DNA of 64,000 nucleotides from Candidatus Latescibacterota bacterium. GTDB taxonomy: Bacteria; Latescibacterota; UBA2968; UBA8231. Positions 20,044-28,332 of this stretch are shown in pieces. Within the stretch, counting starts at the first letter, position 1. Every line of letters starts with the position of its first letter. The stretch covers positions 2,496,001 through 2,560,000 of the forward strand of contig OY730476.1 of NCBI GenBank assembly GCA_963422735.1, read 5' to 3'. Made by a program: the position numbers and the translations under genes. The notes under the pieces are model-generated. The model saw only the letters and a list, made by a program, of their open reading frames with translations. It was not told the origin of the DNA and ran no database searches.

Positions 20044-20967
20044 ATGCGTAAACTTATCCTGATGGGTGTGTTCAGCTTAGCTTTTGTTGGGCTGGCGAAT
20101 GCCCAGTTTAATGACCCTCCCGCACTGGAGAACCGCAATGGTAGTATGGGCTTCCAGTGGTACATGCTCGAAGTGCCCGACGATGCCAATATGGTGATGG
20201 ACGGCAAGGCCGATGATTGGGACTGGTGGGATCCCGAATACACTATTGTCACCGAGGAGTTCCGCGATGAAGCCGATCGCCCATCGCCGACCCGCGACGA
20301 CCTTAGCCTCACTCTGTTTATGGGGTGGAAGGGAGGCGATATCAACCGCTGGTTTGTGTTCTTGGAGATCGTCGATGACACGTTGCATCATCACGGTACC
20401 AACATCGAGCGCTGGGAAGGCGAGATGATCGAGTTTGCTCTCGATCCTCAAGATCACGGCCGCGAATTGCCCTCCGGTTACAACATGGAGTGGCTCGGTG
20501 CGCCTGGCGATCTGAGCCCGCCCGCCAATATCCGCTACCGCTGGCTGGATCAGGAGGCTTGGATACAATACGGCGATCCAGAATACATGGACTATTCGGT
20601 GACCGTTGACCCGCCTGAAGCTTGGGCAGCTGATATCTGGCCTACTGGCGGTACTACAGTCTATGAGTTCAACTACGTAGTCCTCTGGTTCCACGAGGAT
20701 GGCGGCCCTTCCGTCAGCCAAGTCCATCAGCTCGACAGCGTCGCCGGTGAAGATGGTTTTGGCCTGCCGTTCTCCTTTTGGATCGAGGACGGCGATTCCA
20801 GTGCGCCCGACAACGACCTCACCTCGCGCGGCCCCGAGGCTTCGGCCCGCCAGTACTACTCGCACGCCTTGCTGCTGCGGACCGGCGAGTATGTTGATGG
20901 CCGTGGCGATGTTGGGACTGCGGTGGAGAATTCGACCTGGGGTCAGATCAAGCACGCCTATAAGTAG
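20044..20967 (+). CDS. Secreted acidic CBM9/DOMON-like protein with C-terminal TAVENSTWGQIK tag (copy A)
   Basis: Signal peptide; 'MDGKADDW' start typical of DOMON/CBM9-like folds; paralogue at 63124. Confidence 0.8.
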   Translation: MRKLILMGVFSLAFVGLANAQFNDPPALENRNGSMGFQWYMLEVPDDANMVMDGKADDWDWWDPEYTIVTEEFRDEADRPSPTRDDLSLTLFMGWKGGDINRWFVFLEIVDDTLHHHGTNIERWEGEMIEFALDPQDHGRELPSGYNMEWLGAPGDLSPPANIRYRWLDQEAWIQYGDPEYMDYSVTVDPPEAWAADIWPTGGTTVYEFNYVVLWFHEDGGPSVSQVHQLDSVAGEDGFGLPFSFWIEDGDSSAPDNDLTSRGPEASARQYYSHALLLRTGEYVDGRGDVGTAVENSTWGQIKHAYK

Positions 20968-20993
20968 GCCTTACCTAGTCGGTTAGCAGAGAG

Positions 20994-21034
20994 GTAATTC
21001 GGGGCAATGGGCGTTTGCCATTGCCCCGAATTGC
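20994..21034 (+). terminator. 15-bp perfect stem-loop after first operon gene (attenuator or mRNA stabiliser)
   Basis: AATTCGGGGCAATGG-7 nt-CCATTGCCCCGAATT; weak U tail. Confidence 0.7.
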
Positions 21035-21065
21035 TTGAGTGTCGCCCATGATAAGGATCTAGCAC

Positions 21066-21803
21066 ATGCGCGGATTGTGGTTGATTGGCATCTTGCTCAC
21101 CATAGGGGGCTGTGGCCGCTATTTCCCACAAGACCTGCGGCCGATGGCCCAACAGGCGGAAGGGATGGTGGTCAACGACGATGGCTCGGTCACGTATACC
21201 CTCAGTCGTCTGGCCATCAATCTCAAGCCGATGATCGACGCTGAACTCAACCGGCAATTTCCCGCCGCCTCTACTGGCGGTGCGGCTTCGACCAACCCCT
21301 ACACCTTCGGCGACTGGCAGATACCTGGCGAGGATTGGACCCGGCCGCGCTTTACCGTGATCCAGCTCAAAGTGAGAAATTACCAGTTCCCCAAAGTCGT
21401 AATTGACCCGCAAAAGGCGACGATTGCCTCGACTAACAACAGAATCTACCGATCGCTTTCCTACGCCCAGCTTTATACTTATTTCCGTGCCTTCTGGCAG
21501 GGGCGTACCGGCCAGGGTCGAGTCGCCTTCAAAAGCCGCACCAGTATCCTCCGACAATCCATGTACACCGAAGCGACCACCGTCTTTAGCGGAAGCGAAC
21601 AAGAGGGTTATCTGGTTTTCCCCCTGCTCGACAACGACGTGACGAACATCCGCCTTGATCTCGAAGATATTGCCGTCCGCTTCAACTACGCTGGCGAAGC
21701 GGTTGAAACGATCAATCTCAGCTTCTCGTTCGAACGCGAGGTGCTGCGGGGATATCATCTTTCGGATGCGCAGCAGGCGAGCGCGGCCGCAGAGCGAGAA
21801 TAA
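21066..21803 (+). CDS. Uncharacterised lipoprotein (copy A)
   Basis: Lipobox-like LTIGG-C; 'NPYTFG.W', 'GRTGQGR', 'GYLVFP' shared with 62278..62991. Confidence 0.85.
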   Translation: MRGLWLIGILLTIGGCGRYFPQDLRPMAQQAEGMVVNDDGSVTYTLSRLAINLKPMIDAELNRQFPAASTGGAASTNPYTFGDWQIPGEDWTRPRFTVIQLKVRNYQFPKVVIDPQKATIASTNNRIYRSLSYAQLYTYFRAFWQGRTGQGRVAFKSRTSILRQSMYTEATTVFSGSEQEGYLVFPLLDNDVTNIRLDLEDIAVRFNYAGEAVETINLSFSFEREVLRGYHLSDAQQASAAAERE

Positions 21804-21840
21804 CGGCGTGTACATTCGTCCTCTACATCTATAGTTAAAA

Positions 21841-23835
21841 ATGATCACTATCTGGATCAGAGCCGCGGCCCTATGTCTATGGATCACTGCGGCCCATGGC
21901 CAGGTAGAGGTCTATCAGGTCGGTCGCGGAGGTCTGTCGTGGACCGATCAAGCCTCCGTGCAGACCGGGGCAGTGGAAAGCGATGGCTCGCTGCAATCGC
22001 TCGAACTGGCCAGCGGCCAAAATTTGATCCAGCTACTGCGCGATTCCGGCCTGACTTGGTTAAAGGGACAGCCCCCTGATTTCACGGCAGTGGGTCAGCC
22101 GCGGGCGTGGTCCAATGACGGCCTATTCAACCAGATCAACGGTCCCCTGCGCTTGGTTGACGGCGACCCAAGCAGCTCCTCCGAGGGCAGCTTCAAGAGC
22201 GTCCGCAATCAGGCGGGAGCGACCTTCTCTTGGGATCTGGGTTCCCCTTTCCCGATCAATCGAGTGCGCTTCTACCCCGACCCCAACGATCCCGACTCCT
22301 TTATCAAGGCTTTTGAGTTGCTGGTCAACGACGGAGCCGACTTCAACGAGATCAACCGACCCACCTATCAGTTGCTGCGGAGAGTGGAGGGCAACCGCAA
22401 CCAAGTCGTCGATTTGGAATTTCTGCCCCTACAGGGTCGTTTTCTGCAGCTCAAGGTTTTGTCCAAGTCGGCTTTCAACTTGGCCGAATTTGAAATTTTC
22501 GGCGAGGGTTTCGTGCCAGTGTCGAGTTATGTCTCCGACCTGCACTCTTTTGGCGAAGCAGTCAATTTCGGGCAACTGCGGATTCACTCCACCAAGCTGA
22601 TACGTGGCGCTGGAGGCGAGGATCGGCGGCCAGCCGCCATCCTGCAGATGCGCAGCGGTGCCGACGACACACCGCTGTCCTACTTTCGCCGCGACCGCGA
22701 CACCGGCTCTGTTGCGGAGGTCTCGTTCGCCGAGTACAACGCCGATCTGCCACGGCGTGCCTTGTTCCGCCAGGATCCCAGCACCGGCGATGTACTCGAG
22801 GAACTAGAGCGGGTTGACTATCTAGAACTGCCGGCGGAAGAGCAAGGGCCGGTGCGCGACTTCGTCAAGGGCGATATCCGCGACGACGGGGGCAACTGGA
22901 GCCCGTGGTCGACACCTTTGACAATCGACGCGACGGGCACCCTAATCCTGCCGGTCAATCTACCCAGCCCGCGCGAGTTTTTTCAGTTCCGCTTCTTTTT
23001 TCAGGGTGACGCCGAGACCACGATCCGCATCGACACCCTGAGTTTGGAGCATTCGCCTGCGCTCGTCAGCAACGCGGTAGGCGAGGTGGCACTGGCAAAT
23101 GATCTAAGTCCGCAGGGCAGGATTATCGCTGTTGCGGGCGGAGTGGATACATCTTTTGTCTACGACATCCGCGCCGATTTCGACGCGGAGGGGTTGGCGG
23201 GTTTTCGCGGCATCAAGCTGGCGGCTTTCCCTCCGCCGGTTTTTTCCGGGCTGCAGGTGGGCGATCCGCTCGTTGCTGTTGGCGATGTCGTGGTTGCGGA
23301 GACTGCCGATGGCTTTGAGGTATTTTTCGATCCCGTGCAAGAGGCCAACAATCAGCCGTTGCGAGTTACCTTCAAATTGCGGCTACTCGAGCACAATACG
23401 CCAGTCAACGCTTGGCTGCTAGGCGCGGGCGAGGTGCCGCCTCATCCTATTTCGGTCGGCGATGCCAGTAGCGATGTAGGCACCGGGACGATCAATATCT
23501 TCACGCTCGATTCCCGTCCAAAAATCGAAATCCAGCTTTTGACACCGATTGTCACGCCCAATGGCGACGCGGTCAATGACGCGGTCGACATCGACTTCGT
23601 CTTGGCCCAATTCGCCGGGGATCTCGAGGTCGATATCGGCGTTTTTAACCTGTCCGGCGTCGAGGTACGCCGGCTCGTCTCCGGCATGCTATCCGCAGGG
23701 GCGCACCGCGAGGCGTGGGACGGCAAGGGAGAGAGCGGCGCAATGGTGCCGCCGGGGATCTATATCATTCGGTTTTCCGTCAAGGCCGATGCAGAAGCCC
23801 TTGAAACCGCCAAGTTAATAGGGGTGGCGTATTGA
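21841..23835 (+). CDS. Secreted protein 1 with discoidin-like region and FlgD-Ig/T9SS type-B-like C-terminus (copy A)
   Basis: Signal peptide; 'WDLG..FPINRVRFYP', 'AEFEIFG', 'WSPWS', 'TPNGDAVND...WDG...VPPGIY...GVAY'. Confidence 0.85.
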   Translation: MITIWIRAAALCLWITAAHGQVEVYQVGRGGLSWTDQASVQTGAVESDGSLQSLELASGQNLIQLLRDSGLTWLKGQPPDFTAVGQPRAWSNDGLFNQINGPLRLVDGDPSSSSEGSFKSVRNQAGATFSWDLGSPFPINRVRFYPDPNDPDSFIKAFELLVNDGADFNEINRPTYQLLRRVEGNRNQVVDLEFLPLQGRFLQLKVLSKSAFNLAEFEIFGEGFVPVSSYVSDLHSFGEAVNFGQLRIHSTKLIRGAGGEDRRPAAILQMRSGADDTPLSYFRRDRDTGSVAEVSFAEYNADLPRRALFRQDPSTGDVLEELERVDYLELPAEEQGPVRDFVKGDIRDDGGNWSPWSTPLTIDATGTLILPVNLPSPREFFQFRFFFQGDAETTIRIDTLSLEHSPALVSNAVGEVALANDLSPQGRIIAVAGGVDTSFVYDIRADFDAEGLAGFRGIKLAAFPPPVFSGLQVGDPLVAVGDVVVAETADGFEVFFDPVQEANNQPLRVTFKLRLLEHNTPVNAWLLGAGEVPPHPISVGDASSDVGTGTINIFTLDSRPKIEIQLLTPIVTPNGDAVNDAVDIDFVLAQFAGDLEVDIGVFNLSGVEVRRLVSGMLSAGAHREAWDGKGESGAMVPPGIYIIRFSVKADAEALETAKLIGVAY

Positions 23836-25916
23836 TCCGTTCAAATACCAGAGCATGTGTGGTGCTGCTGTGGTTGCAGGGTGCGGCTTGGGGGCAGGCA
23901 ATGGATGCGGCTTGGGTTGTCGGCGGAGCCAACGGAGAGCCTTGGGCCCAGGCGCGCGAGCGCTGGATTGCCCTCGACGACACTAGCCGCGTCGGGTCGA
24001 TCCAGCCGCAGGAAATTCCGCGTGGCCACAGCGTTATGCGCGAATTGGTGCGGACCACCGGGATTTCGAGCCAGCGCAATATCTTCGGCTACACTTGGAA
24101 TTTCTCCAAAGGCCCGATCACTCTCGAGGGCGACACCTTGCGGCTAGGCTGGAATCCGCGGCTGTGGGACGCCGGCGGGCGCGAGGCGGGCACGGTAGCG
24201 ATCTCGCGCGGATTAGTCGATGGGGACGGGCTGAGCCCGGCTTTCCTGCACGCCGAACGCACCGATGGTTTGCCGACGGTTGACAAGTTTTTCACGCTCG
24301 ACCTCGGCGTACCGGTGCCGATTGACAGCATCTCCTTTTACCCGCCGCAGAGCGGTCTATTCGAAGACGGTCGGCGGCAGCGGGCACTGTTTCCGGTCGC
24401 CTATGAGGTCAGCCGCGCCAATACGCCGGTGGACTGGCTGATTTTTGAAGATGAAGATGTCTCGACCGGGACAAATGGCTACCATCCCCTAGAAGAGACC
24501 TTGGGTAGCACCTTCACCAACAATACCAGCGTCGTCTCGTTGAAAGCCGGGCTGCGCTTCACCCGCTTTTTGCGCTTCAAGTTCGGCGGCGTGACCTCTA
24601 CCGGGATGCTCGCGGAAGTCGAGGCCTTCGGACGAGGTTTCCCCGCCGAAGGTCGCTATATCTCAAAAGTCCATTCTTTCGCCGGGCAGGTCAGCCTTGG
24701 TCGGATCACTTGGAACTTCACCAAATACCGCCAAGCATCTTCGGGCGAGGTCTCGGTTGATCCGGCGGCCCCGGTCGAGTTGCTGCTCCGCACCCGGGCG
24801 GGGATCGACGCCGACCCGATCGATTACTTCATCTTTGATGAGCTCGGTCGCCAAGTTTTGGTAGATCGGGAGAGCTATTTCGATGGGCCACCGCCGCGCA
24901 GCCAGTTCGAGATATCGTCGGTCAATTCGGGCGGGCTTGCCGGTTATCGGGCTTCGCGTTCCGACGATATTACCCATTGGAATAATTGGTCGGTGCCCTA
25001 CCAGATGTCGGGCGACGAGATCCGCTCTTCCGACGGCAGGGAATTTTTCCAGTTCCGCTTCGAGATCAAGACCGCCGACCCGCTCGCCTTCGGCGTCCTC
25101 GATTCGGTGGCCTTCGAGTTTTCGCCGGTGCTGGCCGATAGCGTACTGGGGGAAGTGTCGCTAGCAGGGTTGGCCGAGGACCAGCAAGGCGTGGTGGAAG
25201 TGCCATTGGGGATAGATACGCTTTTCGTCTATGATATTCGCACTGTATTCGGCACGGGTGCCCGCCCCGGTTTTGACGGCGTCGAGCTCGATGTGCCTGC
25301 GGGGGCACGTTTCGTCGGCTTGGAGCGGGATGGGGCCGAGTTGCTGGAGGGAACGGATTTCTCCCAACAAACCGCTGCCGGTCGCCTGCGGATTCTCTTC
25401 ACCGAACCAATCGCCGAGGACGCGGTTTTGCGGCTCCGCTTCCGCAGCGCGATCTACCAAGCCTCCGTTTTTATGGAAGGACGGATATTCAACAGGGGCG
25501 CCGCAGTCGCAAGCTTGCCACAGTCGATTGAGTCGGGCAACGCTCGCACGGAGGGCGGCAGCAACGGCATTCAGGTGGTGGCGACCGAGGTCAAAACGCG
25601 TGTTATCGGAGATCTATGGCTTTCGTCCCCGGTCATCACTCCCAACGGAGATGGGGTCAATGAGGAGACCATGGTTTCCTTCAACCTGTTCGGCGTCGGC
25701 GGTGCTGGAGTCCGAGTCGAGATCTACGACCTAGCCGGGCATCGGGTCTCCTCGGTGCTAGACCAACAGGCCATTGCCGGACCCTACGGACCCAGTTGGT
25801 CAGGGCAGGACGGAGGGGACGGATTAGTCGCGCCGGGGATCTACCTGATTGCGGTTGAGGTAGATGTGGATCGGGGCATCCAAACGCTGTTCAAACCCGT
25901 CGCAGTGATCTATTAA
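23832..25916 (+). CDS. Secreted protein 2 with FlgD-Ig/T9SS type-B-like C-terminus (copy A)
   Basis: TTG overlapping upstream stop; 'TLDLGVPVPID', 'AEVEAFG', 'WNNWS', 'TPNGDGVNE...PGIY...AVIY'. Confidence 0.85.
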   Translation: MIRSNTRACVVLLWLQGAAWGQAMDAAWVVGGANGEPWAQARERWIALDDTSRVGSIQPQEIPRGHSVMRELVRTTGISSQRNIFGYTWNFSKGPITLEGDTLRLGWNPRLWDAGGREAGTVAISRGLVDGDGLSPAFLHAERTDGLPTVDKFFTLDLGVPVPIDSISFYPPQSGLFEDGRRQRALFPVAYEVSRANTPVDWLIFEDEDVSTGTNGYHPLEETLGSTFTNNTSVVSLKAGLRFTRFLRFKFGGVTSTGMLAEVEAFGRGFPAEGRYISKVHSFAGQVSLGRITWNFTKYRQASSGEVSVDPAAPVELLLRTRAGIDADPIDYFIFDELGRQVLVDRESYFDGPPPRSQFEISSVNSGGLAGYRASRSDDITHWNNWSVPYQMSGDEIRSSDGREFFQFRFEIKTADPLAFGVLDSVAFEFSPVLADSVLGEVSLAGLAEDQQGVVEVPLGIDTLFVYDIRTVFGTGARPGFDGVELDVPAGARFVGLERDGAELLEGTDFSQQTAAGRLRILFTEPIAEDAVLRLRFRSAIYQASVFMEGRIFNRGAAVASLPQSIESGNARTEGGSNGIQVVATEVKTRVIGDLWLSSPVITPNGDGVNEETMVSFNLFGVGGAGVRVEIYDLAGHRVSSVLDQQAIAGPYGPSWSGQDGGDGLVAPGIYLIAVEVDVDRGIQTLFKPVAVIY

Positions 25917-25934
25917 CGGCCTAGCGAGAAAAAG

Positions 25935-28292
25935 ATGAGACGCCCATTGAACCAAATACTGGCTGTGGCGGTAGCTGCCGCGTTATCAGGAGCAGAGCTG
26001 GCTGCGCAGGATCTGGTTTTCAGCGGATTGGATTTCGACGCTTGGGATCATCCCCGAGGCTTGGTCAACGTCCGGGAAGACGGCATCGGGGTCAAGCGCT
26101 TCGGCAAGACCTTCAATGCGGTGGCCAATGCCAACGAGTTCTCATCGGTTATCATCGGCGATCTCTACGGCAGCATCCGACCGGTGCGCACCCCCTCGAA
26201 CCAAGCTGACGCCCACTTGATCGCCGACCAAGATCCCAATACTTGGTGGAAGCCCGTTGCCACCGACCCGACGGAGAACTTCTGGGTGGAGCTCGATCTG
26301 GGTCGGGCGGTAATCGCCGAGAATATCCGCGTGGTCTTCCCCGATACCACCAACGCACGACCGTTTACGTTTTTCTCGATATTCACCAGTCCGGGGGTGC
26401 GAGTGGCTTTCGGCGGGGGCAACCGGATCGTCTTCAATCAGGTCGGCCGTCCGATCAACAACAACACCGAGCGCGTAGTCGAATTCCAACTCGAAATGGA
26501 TAAGGACGCGTCGCAGAAATTCTCGCCGGTGCGCTTTGTGCGCTTCGAGGCCGCCGGCCGCACGCCCGACGCGGCACTAGCCGAGATTGAGGTTGACGGC
26601 GTAGGGTTCAACATCGCCTCTAAGGTCTCGATCGAACGCCGGATTGAGCGCGGCGACGAAGGGTGGGGTGGGCGGACTTGGACTTCGGATGCACGCGAAT
26701 GCGCGGACCGTGCCTGCGGGCGCGGCAGCGGTGCCGAGGCGCTAATCGACGAGGACTTAGGCTTTCGCATGTGGAATATCGAGGCGGTTATCAAAAGCGG
26801 CGATTGGCGCGATTCGGGTTACTGGGGTGTGGTCGATTTTGAAAACGTCTTCCGCGTTGACCGAGTAGTTTGGTTGCCCTATGTCAGCGGCGTTGGCCCC
26901 TATCCGTACGCCCATTTTTCCGGCGGCTGTGGTTGGTCTAACCAAGAGTTATTCACTTCGGACGGAACGCCCAGCAAGACCGCGATCCCGGAAGTGGAAG
27001 GCCCTTTTGAATACGGACTGCTCGCCGCGGACACCGGCAACAAGGGCATCTACGATTTTCAGTTCCCGCCGCGAGCAGTGCGGTTGATCAACTGGCGCGT
27101 GCCTAGCGGGTCCGGTAATTGCCGGGCGTTGCAGTGGTGGATCTTCCACAGCGAGGGCTATCCCGCTCGCATCTCCATTGAGTCGGTCGATCTGCCGATG
27201 GGCGGTGCGCGAAGTATCCGCCGGGTCGAGTGGGATGCCGATCTACCGCCTGGCACCCGGGTCGAGGTGCAGACTCAGACGGGCAACGGCTTCCAGAATA
27301 TCAAGCGCTACTACTTGACCAATGGCAAGGAAGTCACCAAGGAGGGCTACGAGGCGGCCAAGAGGCGCCAGCGCGGCGATATAGTCGATGAGAGCATCCG
27401 AGACGCCTCTTGGAATACTTGGAGCAACCCGCACCGCTTCTCGGGGCAGGCCTTCCAGTCGCCGACGCCCCGGCAATGGTTGCAGGCTCGCGTGGCGTTA
27501 ATCAGCGATGATCCCGAGGTCTTCCCCAAACTGCGTTCGCTGACTTTTGTGGCCAGCGATCCGGTGATTTCTTCCGGGCTGAGTGGCAGCGTCTTGCCGA
27601 GGGAGGCCGCATTGGATTCGCTGACGGAATTCCGCTATACGATCAAGCCGGCGGCCTTCAACCGCAGCGACGTGGGTTTCGACCGGGTGTTGATCACTCT
27701 GCCTATAGGTGGTGTTGGGGCCAATTTGGTGCAGGCGACGGTCGGCGGGGTCGAGGTCGAGGCGACCAGCGCGCTGCAAGGGGATTCACTGCTAGTGCAG
27801 TTGCCCCCGCCCGTAGTCCGGCGCGATTCGGTGGAGATTGCCTTTACAACACGCGTATTCGCAAGCCCGACGGTTTTCGAAGCGTTCGCCTTCAATTCCG
27901 CGCAGACCGACAACACCCAAGGCGTACTGCCGGTGGTTTTCGGGGCCGACTGGGTTTTCGTGCCAGACGCGGTGGCCGATGGGGAGCTGGTCCGCAAGCT
28001 CGGTCACACCGATATATTCACGCCGAACCAAGACGGAACCAACGACCTTTATCAGCTAAGTTTTATCGTGGTAAAGACCGAGAAGCAACCACGAGTGCGG
28101 ATCTTTGCCCTCAATGGGGTCCAAGTCGCCGAGTTGGCCAACCACAATCCCGCGGGCAACCAAGCGCAATACGCTTGGGATGGCACCACAGCCTCTGGGA
28201 CGGTACCCCCGGGGGTCTATCTGGTGCATATTTCCGTGCCCGCCGACGCCGGGGAAGAAGTGGTCCAGAAGCTCTTACACGTAGCATACTGA
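25935..28292 (+). CDS. Secreted protein 3 with FlgD-Ig/T9SS type-B-like C-terminus (copy A)
   Basis: Signal peptide; 'WVELDLGRAV', 'AEIEVDG', 'WNTWS', 'TPNQDGTND...WDG...VPPGVY...HVAY'. Confidence 0.85.
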   Translation: MRRPLNQILAVAVAAALSGAELAAQDLVFSGLDFDAWDHPRGLVNVREDGIGVKRFGKTFNAVANANEFSSVIIGDLYGSIRPVRTPSNQADAHLIADQDPNTWWKPVATDPTENFWVELDLGRAVIAENIRVVFPDTTNARPFTFFSIFTSPGVRVAFGGGNRIVFNQVGRPINNNTERVVEFQLEMDKDASQKFSPVRFVRFEAAGRTPDAALAEIEVDGVGFNIASKVSIERRIERGDEGWGGRTWTSDARECADRACGRGSGAEALIDEDLGFRMWNIEAVIKSGDWRDSGYWGVVDFENVFRVDRVVWLPYVSGVGPYPYAHFSGGCGWSNQELFTSDGTPSKTAIPEVEGPFEYGLLAADTGNKGIYDFQFPPRAVRLINWRVPSGSGNCRALQWWIFHSEGYPARISIESVDLPMGGARSIRRVEWDADLPPGTRVEVQTQTGNGFQNIKRYYLTNGKEVTKEGYEAAKRRQRGDIVDESIRDASWNTWSNPHRFSGQAFQSPTPRQWLQARVALISDDPEVFPKLRSLTFVASDPVISSGLSGSVLPREAALDSLTEFRYTIKPAAFNRSDVGFDRVLITLPIGGVGANLVQATVGGVEVEATSALQGDSLLVQLPPPVVRRDSVEIAFTTRVFASPTVFEAFAFNSAQTDNTQGVLPVVFGADWVFVPDAVADGELVRKLGHTDIFTPNQDGTNDLYQLSFIVVKTEKQPRVRIFALNGVQVAELANHNPAGNQAQYAWDGTTASGTVPPGVYLVHISVPADAGEEVVQKLLHVAY

Positions 28293-28332
28293 TGCAAAGC
28301 TTTGCCTTCACAAACCTATGGGAGGGGTGACG

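Noticed and set aside
20077-21887. Long antisense ORFs (also 12344..13414, 54453..55319, 56729..57889)
   Set aside because: Shadow frames of GC-rich genes on the opposite strand or an alternative frame, with no motifs.
21841-28292. Flagellar FlgD genes
   Set aside because: Only the C-terminal Ig-like tail resembles FlgD; the proteins have Sec-type signals and no flagellar genes are nearby.
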